A stretch of DNA of 64,000 nucleotides, taken from the human T2T-CHM13v2.0 reference genome, Homo sapiens. Position numbers and translations under genes: made by a program. Of this stretch, positions 14,086-27,479 are shown piece after piece (the first letter of the stretch is position 1; each line of letters starts with the position of its first letter). Under the pieces are notes generated by a model. That model had not been told where the DNA came from and made no database searches. It was given only the letters and a program-made list of their open reading frames with translations. The DNA lies in NCBI RefSeq assembly GCF_009914755.1, contig NC_060947.1; one strand, written 5' to 3'.

Positions 14086-15524
14086 GTCTTCTGTTTTGCA
14101 ATGATGAATATAATACTGTATATATTATCATCATTTATTTAACTGCTGTACTGTTGTTTTTCACATTGTTTTATAGGTAATATAATGATGAATATAATTT
14201 TTATAAATCTTTTATACTATATCAATTTTTCTTTAGAAGTAATTAGTAGAAATAGAATCACTAGGTTTTTTTCATGAATACTCTAAAAGTAATAATATTC
14301 TAAAGGAACTCCTATTTTTTTTTGCTCTCCAACTACTAAAACAACTTCTCTCCCTTCATCTTATCTACTGTTAAGGCTAAGAATAGGGTCAGAAAGGAAA
14401 ATGGGAAATGTAAGGTATGTCTCAGTCACACAGGTGAGAGAAAAGCCCTCACTTTCTGGTACAGTGCGTTATAGGAAAGAGAAATGCCAGAAGAGGATTT
14501 TTAAAAGATAAAGGAGATGACTGAGATCAGTGGAGAAGCTTTTTCCTTGCTTCCTTTTCAGAACTCTGAGAAGAAAACACCTTACAAGTTCCCCTTTCAT
14601 AGGGTAACTGTATCCACATAAAAATGATGACACAGAGAGAGCCTGGATTTATGTTCTCAAACTGTCTAAGTCCGATGTAATGGAAAAGAGACACAGAAAC
14701 TCCTTCATGTCCAAAGGCTGAGTATCTCCTTGGTGAGCAAGCCAGATGGCAGCGACAATAAATTATATTGAAAAACTGAGCTGCAAACCAAATGAGATGC
14801 ACATCCAGACTGCTGGAAATTCCCAAAACCACCAGAGGGAAGGTATGGCCAAGTCAGGAAGAAGAACTACAAGATTCAGTCTAAGTAAAAAGGAAACAAA
14901 CTGTGAGTTATACCAGCAATAGAATCCAGCTTTGGATCTCATCAGAATGCCCAACAAAGGAATTGGACAAACCACACCTCGACAAATAACCAGTACACAC
15001 CAAAAGCCTACCATAGAGCTAAAGGTTGCCTGTACCAAAGAGCCAAGGTAATGTAAACCTTCTATGTTGGTCACTATCATAAAGAGAAGGGGAAATGAAA
15101 AGACATCTGAAAAGTTTGGTAACACAAAAGGCTAATTGCGTAAAAAGACTTTTAAAATTTTAGATCAAAATGAGTATCCCATATCAGAATAACTTGAGTT
15201 TTTATTTTCCTTCTTAGCTAGTGAAGGTTAAGTTGGGATGAGTTCTTTTAAAGAATACCAGGGTCAGCTATGCAAATAAATAATATAAACAGTGTAGGGT
15301 AACTAGATATATAACCTCACTGTAATATGTTCTAAAGTTCTCAATTCATATTGTTGAAATCATCAACCAGAAAGGAAGACTTGATTTATACATTATACAT
15401 TTGATTTATACATTCATACATTAATACTATAATGCTTAAGTATATTCCTTCTTGAAATCTGGCAACCCTTGGTATCACTTCAAAAACTCACTAAAATTTA
15501 ACAATATGAAAAATTAAAAATTAA

Positions 15525-16090
15525 AAGTGTTACTCTAATTTGCATTCCTTTTATTACTACTGATGTTGAACATTTGTTCATCTACTCATTGGTCATTTGT
15601 AATTCTTGTTGGGTTAATTGCCTCTTCATGATACCTAACTTATTTCTTGTTTTGAAGTTTTCTTCTGAAAGGGTTTGTATATTTTTGGTTAAGTTCATCT
15701 ATTAGAATATTTTTTCTTTGTTTTCTGTTATGAATTAGAACAATCATTTCCATGTTATTGTTGTTTTTCCCAAGTGACCATAGCTAATATATAAAAAAGT
15801 TATTCATTGTTTTCAAATTTTTTAATGAAGAATAAACTATAAACAATAAAATAGTTTAAATGTACTACTTCTAAACAGACACTTTTACATATGTCTATAT
15901 AGTTCCATACCGTTGGTTTCAAGATACAGAGCATTTCTGACACTCCAGAAAATTCTCCCGGGTCCCTTCTCAGTCATTTTTTCCCAATGGCAACCACTAT
16001 TCTGACTTCAATCTCCATTGATTAGTTTTGCTTATTCTTAAACATTACATAAAGGAAATAATACTGTTATGTACTATTTTGTATCTAAGC
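15525..16090 (-). mobile_element. L1M (L1ME/L1MC-like) fragments
   Basis: taatttgcattcc...gatgttgaacattt; ggcaaccactattctgacttc...gattagttttgc. Confidence 0.6.
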
Positions 16091-16701
16091 CATTTATTTT
16101 TACTTGTTTGTTATGGATTTGGAGACTTTCCTAAACACTATTTTCACAGCATTGTGGCATAATCTACACAGCAAGAATACCAATATAGCTCTACCAGAGA
16201 GAATCAAGGAGCAACGGTAGTAAGAACAACCTTTTATAAAGGCTTTACAAGAGGCTTCTCCTTAGGTCTCACTGGACAAAATTGGGTTATGTGATTAAAT
16301 CAATCACTGGGAAGAGAAATAGATCACCATAATTGCATTTCACTTATGTAATTTATTCCCTGGAACTGGAGAAGAAAACATTTATCCTGAATATGTAGTT
16401 GTGTAGAGAATGGATACTCAAGCAACATTTGAGTATTGCCAGTGAAAAAGAAAGTTTGGAATAGGGAAGGAGAATGTGACTATGGTTTCCAACATCTGCT
16501 AGCACAGTGTTTAGGAAAATTATCATAGTGCTTGATTCATAGTATAAAAAGTTTAAAAAGTATTAAAATATAAAATAATCTGTTATTACTGATAATTCAA
16601 ATAAGATTAAATTTTAGGGAATAATGAAATAGGAACATTCTCTCATTTTATTTGTTAGAAAGTAGCTTATAACCTGTATGATTACAATCTTGTTTTAAGA
16701 T

Positions 16702-17210
16702 AAATGAATAAATATACAAACACATATTGTGTGCAGAAAAGAAAAAGAAGGAAGAAAGAAAAGAAATGAACACACACACTGGAAAACAAAGAACAATGTA
16801 TAACAGTGAATGTCTGAAAATTGAAATAACAAATGATTTCACTAAAAATTCTAAATTGTCCACAGCTTTTGTTATCAAAAATAGCTATTTAAATATAGTA
16901 AAAATATAGAGAAAAACAAAAATATAATTTTCAATTTTGTATTTTATTTATGCTAAAATGAATAAATATACAAACACATATTGTGTGCAGAAAAGAAAAA
17001 GAAGGAAGAAAGAAAAGAAATGAACACACACACTGGAAAACAAAGAACAATGTATAACAGTGAATGTCTGAAAATTGAAATAACAAATGATTTCACTAAA
17101 AATTCTAAATTGTCCACAGCTTTTGTTATCAAAAATAGCTATTTAAATATAGTAAAAATATAGAGAAAAACAAAAATATAATTTTCAATTTTGTATTTTA
17201 TTTATGCTAA
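16702..17210. repeat. Exact 254-bp tandem duplication
   Basis: 16702-16955 equals 16956-17209 by eye; identical ORFs at 16727 and 16981 (offset 254). Confidence 0.95.
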
Positions 17211-17471
17211 TTATAATCTATATTGTCATTGAATAAGGTAATTAATTCATGTGTCATTGAGCATTTAAAGATTAATTAACTGTTGCCAAGCTCATTGTTA
17301 AATGAATTGCTTCTCTGGGAGATCAGTTACATCTTGGAATATTTTATTTATAATGCATTTGACCTATTCACCTGTGATGTTGGACTACAGTGCATCAAAC
17401 TTAGTCTAATTGTGCTTCTGTTATATACTATACACATTTGAACATTCTCAAAATGAAATGATGTATAGACT

Positions 17472-17966
17472 TGTGGTAGGCCAAATAATGCCTATTCTCT
17501 TTCCGCAAAAAAATAAAATGAAATAAAAATTAAAAATTAAATAAATGCCTACATCCTAAATGTAAGTATTGAACTTCACATGGCACAAGGGGCTTTTCAA
17601 ATGTGATTAAGTATCTTGAGGTGGGGAGATTTTCCTGGGACACTCATGTGGGGTCAGTGTAATCACAGGGTCCTTATAACAAGATGAGGGTCAGAGTTAT
17701 AGAAGAAGATGTGACAATAAAAATAGAAGTTAGATTGATGCAGCCACAAGGCAAAAAATTTGGTCAGCTTTTAGAAACCTAAAAAAGGCAAAGGACAGAA
17801 TTCCTCCTAGAGCCTCAGAAGTAATGCAACTCTGCAGACCACTTGGTTTATTTCTTTAAAACCCAATTTGTACTTCTGACCCCTCAACATGTCAGAGAAT
17901 ATATTTGTGTTTTATCAAACCATTAAGTTTGTGGTCATCTGCTACAGAAGCAATAGGATATTAATA
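17472..17966 (+). mobile_element. MLT1C/D-like MaLR LTR
   Basis: tgtggtaggccaaataatg...gtgattaag...ctagagcctc...taagtttgtggt...gcaatagga. Confidence 0.8.
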
Positions 17967-20900
17967 TCTTTCTATACTTTGCTACATTTTGGTTTTTAAT
18001 AAGTTTGTAGGAGATGATAGAATTATTTTTATGTGTCTCTCATTTACAGAGATAAAGTAATATATGTGTTTTTTTAAACTGATTTTTTCTTATGTTGATT
18101 AATAAATCATTGTTTTTCCTGATGTTCACAATTCAGAATATGCTAGCTTTGGTCAAGTGGGTGAACATTTTCTGAAGAGTTTTCAAATCAGTTTCTGAGT
18201 CTGTTTTACTTCATATATGAGATTGTTTTCCTTAATACATATATTACCACAGGTATGCAAAATAACATGCCCTGAAAATAATATTATTTTTTCTAAAAAT
18301 GATTAATTCAACTCATAGAGAAATGTATAATTCTGAAAAACTATATCCAAGCTATTCAATATACCATCTTTATTATATCAGTTAGTAAGAAAAATTTTTT
18401 AAAAATAGACTGAGTCAATATATTTTTGGCAATTGCTCCAAGTTTCAGGAAATTATTGAAAATCAGTTAAAATAAAATAGATTGCATACATTCATTTAAA
18501 AAATGAATAATGGTGGTCCATTTATAATTCAGTATCAGTATAAATAATAACCTTTTTTCAAATTAAATCACTTGAAGGTCCTCATATTATTAATATATCA
18601 TTTTATTTCTGATGCAATTTTAACGAAATTTTTTTTTTGAATTGAAAAAAAGTATTTATTCTAAGTGGCACAAGTTTTTAGGCTTACTGTTTGTTTAAAT
18701 ATTAGTAAAAGAGGAATTAGTGGAGAAGGGTTTTTTGATGTCCTACAACATGAATTTATAGCTCAGAGAAAATTACGGCTAGTGATTACTGGCAGGAGGA
18801 GAGAAGAGAATGGAAGATAATGAAAAATAGCCACATTGACAAGGATTGAATCAGAGTAAAACCATACAATAAAAGTAATAGTTTTCCTTATGCATGTTCC
18901 ATTGTATTGGGGGATACAGCTATAATCATCTTGGACTTAGTCTGACTGCAACAATAGAAGCAGACGACAGCCTAGCTGTTTTAGAATTCAAGCCAGTGGT
19001 TCCAAATTCCTCATGCCTAACCTTTCTACCCCACTTGGCTTGCTCTAATAATAGAGAATTCTAATGAATATTTTAATGTATCAAATATAAATGGAGATTT
19101 TGTGGAATATTTAACCCATATCAGTAATCTGCCTATTTAAGTATTATGTAGCTTATCTCTTTATTAACAATTTTCAATAATCTAAAATTTAAAGTGTTTG
19201 CAAAATATGTCTGTGCGTGATCATGTGTGCATAAGCAAAGTCTATTAACTACCTCAGAGAGTATGTACATCAAGAATTATTAGGAGGGGCTATGTTAGTG
19301 GAAAATTGATTTTCAGGATTCTAAAACTAGTGATCTAGGCTTTTAGATGAATATATAAATAAAGCAAGAATCACACATATGAAAGAAACTTTTTAATATA
19401 CTAAGTCACATGTATTTGATATTCAGGTAATTGTGTGTATGTATATGCATCTTTACCAGAAAAAAAACTCATTTGAGAAAATAATAGAAATAATAATAAG
19501 CAACTGTAATGTACCCTTGGAGTCCAATGAAAAGTGTAAATTATTCCTTCACTGTTTTCCTTGGGTCATCTTTTAGCCCACAACAAATAATTTCTTCTGG
19601 GCTTGTAGAGACCCTTTATCTCTTCTCCCTCTAATCATCCTGTCTGCCATTCAGTTCTCCCACCCATGATTCTTGTTCTTTTATCCCACTTCTATCGCTG
19701 TCCAAAAGAGTTTCCATAAGAAGAGCACCTACAAGAAAAAAAAACCTTCATAGTATTGATGTGTTTTTATTGAGGAGCTTTGATTTATTGTTATGATTAA
19801 AGAACCCTTCTCTTCCAGTGCTGAACTAAACACAGTAGGCAAATAAAACAGAGAACTTATCAATCACTACCACCGACTCCTCATGAGGCAGAATATATTT
19901 TGTGTTAAGGTTTTTAAATTCAAAAATATAAATATTCAACTACCATTTGTATCTGGGTTAAAACATACACACACACACATACAAATACACACACACAGAG
20001 TACTTTCAAATTTATTATAGTAATTGACCTGTAGTATCTTGAAAATATTTAAATCATGCTGAACATTTTAAATTCACATATGACATTAGGTACTCAAATG
20101 CCTTATCCTATAATAAGCATATCCCCAAAAGTGATAGCAGATAGTTTTTGTTGTTTGGAGTTATTTTTGTATCAAATTACTTCTATTGAATGCCATTCTC
20201 TGAAAAAGCTTGGCATGAAGTGCCTCGAGCATATAACCAGGTTGTTGAAATGCTACTGTTTTCTGAAAATCAAGTTTTCGAGAGAGAATGATGACATTGT
20301 GTGCTGGAAAGCGGAAGACAGAGCAGCAAAGTTAACAGAGTACATGAAACAGGTGTTTGGCAATCTAAGGAAACAAAGGCTTAACATCACCGTCTATGCC
20401 AAAATTCATATTTATGAGTATTTTTTCAGATAATCTTATTTATGCTTACAATTAAAAATAAACATTGGCAAGGATGCTAACATGAGTTAATCTGGCAAAT
20501 AAAAAATTAAAAGTAGTCTCTCTCTCTTTCTCCTGCTTCCTACCCATACCCATTTGTGTGTGTGCACACTTGTGCCTGAGTCTGTGTTTATATATGTATT
20601 TTTATATATATGTATGTATGTATATGTATATAATACATGTCTTAGAACATACATACATTAAAGACGTTTTCATAAATCATTTCCATAATCATTGCCAAAA
20701 ATGTGTATCTAAATATTTTTCTTGTGGTTGTTAATGAGAATTGACATATAAGAATTCTCTGTGTTATGCCAAAATGGGTATTATAAAGTTATTTATTGTA
20801 AAGAACCATAGGGTAAGGCAGACATAATTCAAGAGTTTATCAATAAAGTCAGCCTCCACTGCTGCTTACTCAAATGAAGACAGATGTTGAAAAAAGAACT

Positions 20901-21918
20901 AGCTTGATTTAAATAAAACTGGTCTGTTATTTGTAAAAATAATACATTTGGGTAGGTGCTAATCTGTTACTGTTATTGCCTTTTGTTTTTAATGAAGCTG
21001 GAATACATAAACTCAAGTCATCTAATCTGAATGATATTTAGAAAGGTTATACTTGTTTAAGAAATATAAACTCCAGCTATAGATCATCTAACAACTTGTT
21101 AGAAAACAAATGAGTTAGAAGCACTTACTGTGGGAAATGTTAATAACCAAGCAGAACACATTGGATCATTCACCTCCTAGTAAAAGGGGTTCCATTTGGC
21201 CACACTTTCCGTTTGTCCATTTAGTAAAATGACTTAAGATTTTTTAATTGATTTCATCGTGTTTGCTTTCTAGTGCCTGCTAGAGAACATGATTTTTAGA
21301 TTACACACCCTGATTTGGTAGGCAGTTTGCTGTCTCTGAAGAAGGCTTAACATGATTTGTTAGAAAAAGATTTTATTGCAGGCAAGGCCATTATTTTGAA
21401 GACCTGCATATTGAAAAATAATTTTATTTTTAATTCTATTTCAAATTCTGTAGAATTTTAATTCTACAGAAATTATCCTCTTTTTAATAAATAATCAGTA
21501 GGATGAACTTCAAGAAACATGAGATAATCTAGACCAGTGTTTATGTTAAGGGTTCATATTTTCTCATTTAAAGTAGTCTGAAAGGACGTTTACTTTATTT
21601 GACTAAGTGTGATTTTCAAAAGTAAAACTTTGAAGGAAGATATGAAAATTACTCAGGTAGTGTAGAAAAATCAATTTGCATGTATTCATAGACTATGACA
21701 TTTCACAACCTCTATTGTGTATCTTTCTGTGGCTAATTATATTTGACTTTAACAGTAGAGAACAACCATTTGATTAATCAACACACCAACTCAAAAAAGC
21801 AAAAAAAGCTATTGGTTAAATGTTAAATCTGTCAGTATAAATACTTTTCAACAAAGTAGGAATATAATGAACTTCCATATTCTGATTAGGTTTATATATC
21901 AATAATTTAAAAATTACA

Positions 21919-22222
<304 letters not shown>

Positions 22223-22990
22223 TTACTATGATTTTTTAGGTAATTTTTTAGAGTAAAACATGAGACAAGGTTTCCCACTAGCATTGTTTGTATTCAACTT
22301 TATAGTGCTGCCCCATGCTAGTATAATATAGAAAGAAAAAGAAATAACAAAATTTGAAATTTTTTTACCCAAACGTGCTTTTAATTATACTATTAACAAA
22401 GATAAAGCAAAATCAGGGAAGCGAAACATAATCACATGTGAGTGTAACAAAATTAACATCATTTGATCTCAGATTCTACTTACTTCCTCTAAACCTGTTC
22501 CTTTTCCAAATATTGAATATTTTCCCTCTTTGCTAGTATTTCTCTATGAAACACCAAATTAAATATGCCTTTGCTTTAACAGTCAAATAATTATATAAGA
22601 AAAATAACAAATATAAAATAAATCATGTTGGCATTTAAAGATTAAAATGAAGCAACGGTTTGATCAAAGAGATTTATTAGTTGATATTTGTTCATCACTA
22701 TGAATATTTCAAATCTTATGTAGTCAAACTAATCTGCCACTGCGTTCCAGGAAGTGATAATATCTCCTTTAGTGTCATTAACAATGTTAATCTTTGTCAA
22801 AGTCCCCTACATTAAAAATGTATAAAAGCAAAACGTTGCTGTAGTAATTATTCTAGAACAGTATTTTCTGGTTCTTGTGATTTAAAGACCTCAAATCTAT
22901 AAGCAGAGCATCATGGGCAAGATATTATATACATGCATAGACACATATATACAAATACGCAATACGCTCCTCTTCCCTTTCACACTTAAC

Positions 22991-23322
22991 TTTTTATGTA
23001 TTTATTTATTTTCAGACATGGCCTTGCTCTGTTGCCCAGCCTGGAATGCAGTGGCATGATTATAGCTTTCTGCAGTCTTGACGTTCCAGGCCCAAGCAAT
23101 CCTCCCATCTCAGCTTCCAGAATAGCTGGGACAACAAGCATGCACCACCACACTTGGCTGATCTATTTATTTTTCTTTTTATTTTCATTTTTTTTTTTTT
23201 TTTGTAGAGACATAGTCTCTGTATGTTGCCCAGGCCGGTCTCAAACACTTGGGCTCAAGTGATCCTCCCACCTTGGTCTTTCAAAGTGTGGGGATTACAT
23301 GCATGAGCCACTGCGCCCAACC
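22991..23322 (-). mobile_element. AluJ
   Basis: Diverged antisense dimer with expanded T-rich linker. Confidence 0.9.
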
Positions 23323-24526
23323 GGATAAATTTTTCTTAAAACAGAAAACATTAAATATTCACACATTCATGAAATGGATTAAACTATCAAAGCTTCATGT
23401 GCATTTACATATGGACCAGTTGTGTGTTTTATATTAAAAGTAACCAAATCATTTATTTCTGCTATTCCCATGAACATTGTGTGGAGACTTTCTGCATGCC
23501 ATTATCTCATTTCCTCTATTGAATCAATGGGTTCATCAGGGGTCTTTTCAGTTTCAAGCAACAGAGATACACTCCAGCTATTATAGTTTAAACAGAGAAG
23601 AGGCATTCACTGGAAGCACAATCTATGTTTCACAGCCAGGAAGGGCTAGAACCAGAATTCAAGGACTGTCAAGGCCAAGTAAAGGCTCTTTCTGAGACTT
23701 TATTCTCTCTCTTCGTGCATACTTGCTGCTTCTTCCTTCTCTCTGCAGACTGGCTACTGGTGCATAGGGGCAAAACCTGGCCACTTCCAAAGGCCGTCTC
23801 TGCCTCGTTGTGCATGCTAATCCCAAATTCTTTCTTTTTTTAAAAAACTCTCAACAAAATCACCTTTATTATTTAATAGTTATTGTCATTTTAAAGGATT
23901 TTGATTTTTAAAAGTACTAATTTTATTTTATATGAAATTAAAGTAGCATCATTTTAAATTAATACAATCAATTTATGTGAAGTAGTATAGATATCCAAGT
24001 TTTATGTTGAAATAAAACAAATTATATCTTAGCAGACTGCTGCTAATAAGTATTTGCAAGTAAATATTTGCTAATTGGGGAAAGGAAAGAAATGGTAGTG
24101 AAGCACCAATTTGGATTTGTTCTGATAATTTATTTAAAAATTATTCAAAATTAATCAGAAATTTTAAATTCAGATTTTAAGAATGAGTTATATCATTTTC
24201 TTCAAAATGATGAGACACTTTATTGAATGTTTAATATTGCCATGTATTTTGTGTTTACCAGAAATAAATAGTGCCAAAAGCTTTCTATATCATGAGACTA
24301 AATCAATGGCTTTCTTCTTATTTTAAGCCAAGTGATCAATAAATATTTGATCTTATCTTAAAATTTAGATTTCTAGAACCATCCACCATGTATTTTATTA
24401 AGTACAAATAGCACTTTTTAAAATTTCAAGTATTGGTTCTGATTAGTCACAGTGGCTGTTATGATTGGCTGGTATCCATGAAAAACTAATTGTCAAGTAC
24501 TTTGGATGCCATTCTTACTTTTCTTC

Positions 24527-24657
24527 ATTTTTCTTTTTTAGAGACAAGTTCTCACTATGTTGTCCAGGGTGGTCTTGAACTTCCGAGCTCAAGCAATCCA
24601 TCCACTTCAGCCTCCCAAAGCGCTAGGATTACAGATGTGGCTCAGCACACCTAGCCT
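24527..24657 (-). mobile_element. Alu monomer (FLAM-like)
   Basis: Single antisense arm. Confidence 0.8.
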
Positions 24658-25784
24658 ATACTTCTAGCATCAATTTTTTAATGTGCCTTTTTTTTTTTTT
24701 TTTTTTTTGGTTAGAGATGTTTTACAAAAAGTTTTCTATTTATCTGCCCCTCTCAGCACCTAATTCCCTTTCCTATTCATCCCCTGATATTGGAAGGGGA
24801 GCGAATTTAAGTTTTTAATTTTTTTCTGTCAAATGAGCATAATCACAGAATGAGAAGAAATTATAAATGTAATTTAAAAGCTAACTTAGTTTAGTGACAT
24901 ATTAGTCAAAGCATCTCTATATTGGTTGCTTTTTCTGGCATTGATAGGTCATGTCTACTTTCTTCCTATTATGTCCTTGTTGTGAATTTGAATGAGATAT
25001 TAATGGGAAAACACAGCAATCTAAATATACCTGACTGAATAATAGTTCTCCTCTGTCTGAAAATGTTATCCTTACAATCATGCAGTTATAGGATAAATGT
25101 TTTTGCAGTTGCCAGATTATCTAAATAAAATATATGAATCAACCAACGGACTGATATGGAAGTTGCCTACGAGAGTTTGCTATCAACATTATAATAATTT
25201 TAAATATTGGTATAATTTATTCTGAGAGTGATGAAGACAAATTAGGAAGCATTTTCAAATTTTGTTTTCTGAGATACAAAATTCATAAACTTAAAGATGA
25301 ATATAGCAATTTGCTATGAGTCATGTGAGGCAAATGAGAAAAATAGAAAAATTGAAGTGTCTAAGGTGACATTAACTATACTTGGTTTATTACTGAGTTG
25401 GAGGTGGATAATAAATTATAATTTTAAAATTAGTTTATTACTTTCTATAAATAAAGATAAGTTCATAGATATGTGTTTACACATGTATAAATAAATTATC
25501 TAACTTTAGTCAAATTTCAATTTGTAATTTTTCACCTCAATCAATGAGAAGCTTTGAATTGGTAGTTTTTTATGTTTAGAAAACATAAAGAGGTATCAAA
25601 TCAACTTCTGTGGTATATGCTATATTCAGAACACATTTGCTTTAGTTATATACATATATAACTAAGTTGTTGAGCAAACAACAGTAGTAAGTTGAGCAGA
25701 ACACTATGTATATACATGCATATATGTGTCTATATATGTGTATATATGCTATATATACCTCTCTTTAAATATATATAATATATA

Positions 25785-25906
25785 TTTTAAGAGACAGGAT
25801 CTCAGTATGTTGCTTAGGTTTGCCTTCAGTTCCTGGGCTCAAGCAACCCTCCTGCCTCAGCCTCCCAGTGTGCTGGGACTACAGGCGTGCACCACCACAA
25901 CTGGCC
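25785..25906 (-). mobile_element. Alu monomer (FLAM-like)
   Basis: Single antisense arm next to a TA-rich tract. Confidence 0.8.
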
Positions 25907-26427
25907 CTGTTTAGTCTTAAGAGAGTAAAATTACATAAATTAATGAAAATGAAGTAAAGAATCAGAATCATGTGGCTCTACAAGCACTTCAATCGTTAAA
26001 ATCTCAAGCTGTAGTTAAGTTGAGCAAAACAATGCCTCTCTCAGTTACATGATCATAAAAATGGACGGCAATAAAGTATTTCACTTGACGGAAGGCAAAG
26101 GACTGACTTACATTTTGAGGTCTCTTTTTATATTATTTTATGATTCTGATTATGTATGTTACTGCAGGAAATATAATAGATATAAAACTAGCATGGCTAA
26201 TACAAGCAGAGTGTCTGCCTTATTTTCAATTGACAATGTTTAGTTATTTATAGTCCCACAACAGCCATTTCTGTGATTACATTTTGTCTATATTTATTGC
26301 TATGATTTTGAAGCAAGTTAGATAAGGCCTGAGGGTCATATAACTATCTCACTGATGCTAATAGCTGATAATGGTTTACAACAATGATCTTAACCAGAAG
26401 TATACATCTGAAATATATACCAGAGAC

Positions 26428-26789
26428 TGTTGAGGTCTGAATATTTGTGTCCTTTCAAAATTCATGTGTTGAAATTCTAACCCTGAAGGTAATTGTATCA
26501 GGAAGCTGGCCTTTGGAAGGCAATAGGTCGTAAGCGTGCCGCTCATGAATAGAATTAGTGCCTCTATAAAATAGAACTGAAAGAGCTTGTTCACTCCTTC
26601 CACCATGTGAGAACACAATAAAAAGACTCCATTCTATAGACAAGAAAGTGATTCTACACCAGACATCAAATCTGTTGACATCATGATCTTGGACTTTCTA
26701 ACCTCCAGAAATGTGAGAAATAAATTTCTTCATTTAAAAGCCACCAAAATTATGGTATTTGGTTAGAGCATCCCAAATAGGCTATGACA
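26428..26789 (+). mobile_element. MLT1A-like MaLR LTR
   Basis: ctgaatatttgtgtcc...aaattcatgtgttgaaattctaaccc...gatcttggacttt...ctccagaaatgtgagaaataaattt. Confidence 0.85.
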
Positions 26790-26950
26790 AAGGTATACAT
26801 CAAAACCACCTAGGTGGGTTTTTAAAATTACAGATGCCTTGGTCCAAGCCCTAGAAATTTTGATTTCATAGCCTAAATTGAAAATAAGAACTGTTTTTTC
26901 TTAATGTTTTCAAGATCATTCTGAGAAGCAATACATTTTCAGCAACTCTA
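26790..26950. mobile_element. MER5-like hAT MITE fragment
   Basis: catcaaaaccacct...tttaaaattacagatgcc...agaaattttgatt. Confidence 0.5.
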
Positions 26951-27479
26951 AAGAAGAATTCTTGCATATTCATATTTTGGTGGAAAAATGCAAGTAGAAT
27001 ATTTCTTTAACCCAAAAGAAGAGATGTGATTTAAATATTTGCAATAGGCTAGTAGGGGTAAATTTTTTTGGGGGGGGGGAGAATCTTGAGGGCTACTTTT
27101 CAAACCACAATTTTACATGCCAGATGTTTTATTGTCTTAGTTGCAGCTAAAAATCTATAAAAGAGAAAACCAATGTATTTCAAAGTATTACAGGGCTGGA
27201 TTTAGGATATATTCTCAGATTTGTAGTTTAAAATTTATAAGTTCAACATTAATAATTACAGGATTGGGAAATGCTTTATATGCAACAAATTCAAAAGACA
27301 GGGATATATAATAGAGGAAGCCAGATTATTAAGTAGAATGGACATTTATTTGTCACAGTACCTGAAACTGGCCATTTAGTTAGGAATCTTTTCCATCTAG
27401 TTGTTTTCATCAATAAAAAATACTCTCTTAAAATTACAGGCCATCAATATTCTATAAATAAATTTTCTAAGAAAAAAAT

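Noticed and set aside
16727-17163. Two identical 60-aa ORFs as duplicated genes
   Set aside because: Non-ATG start in A-rich sequence; a by-product of the 254-bp duplication.
20056-20433. 125-aa plus-strand ORF
   Set aside because: No recognisable domain, promoter or exon structure; consistent with chance.
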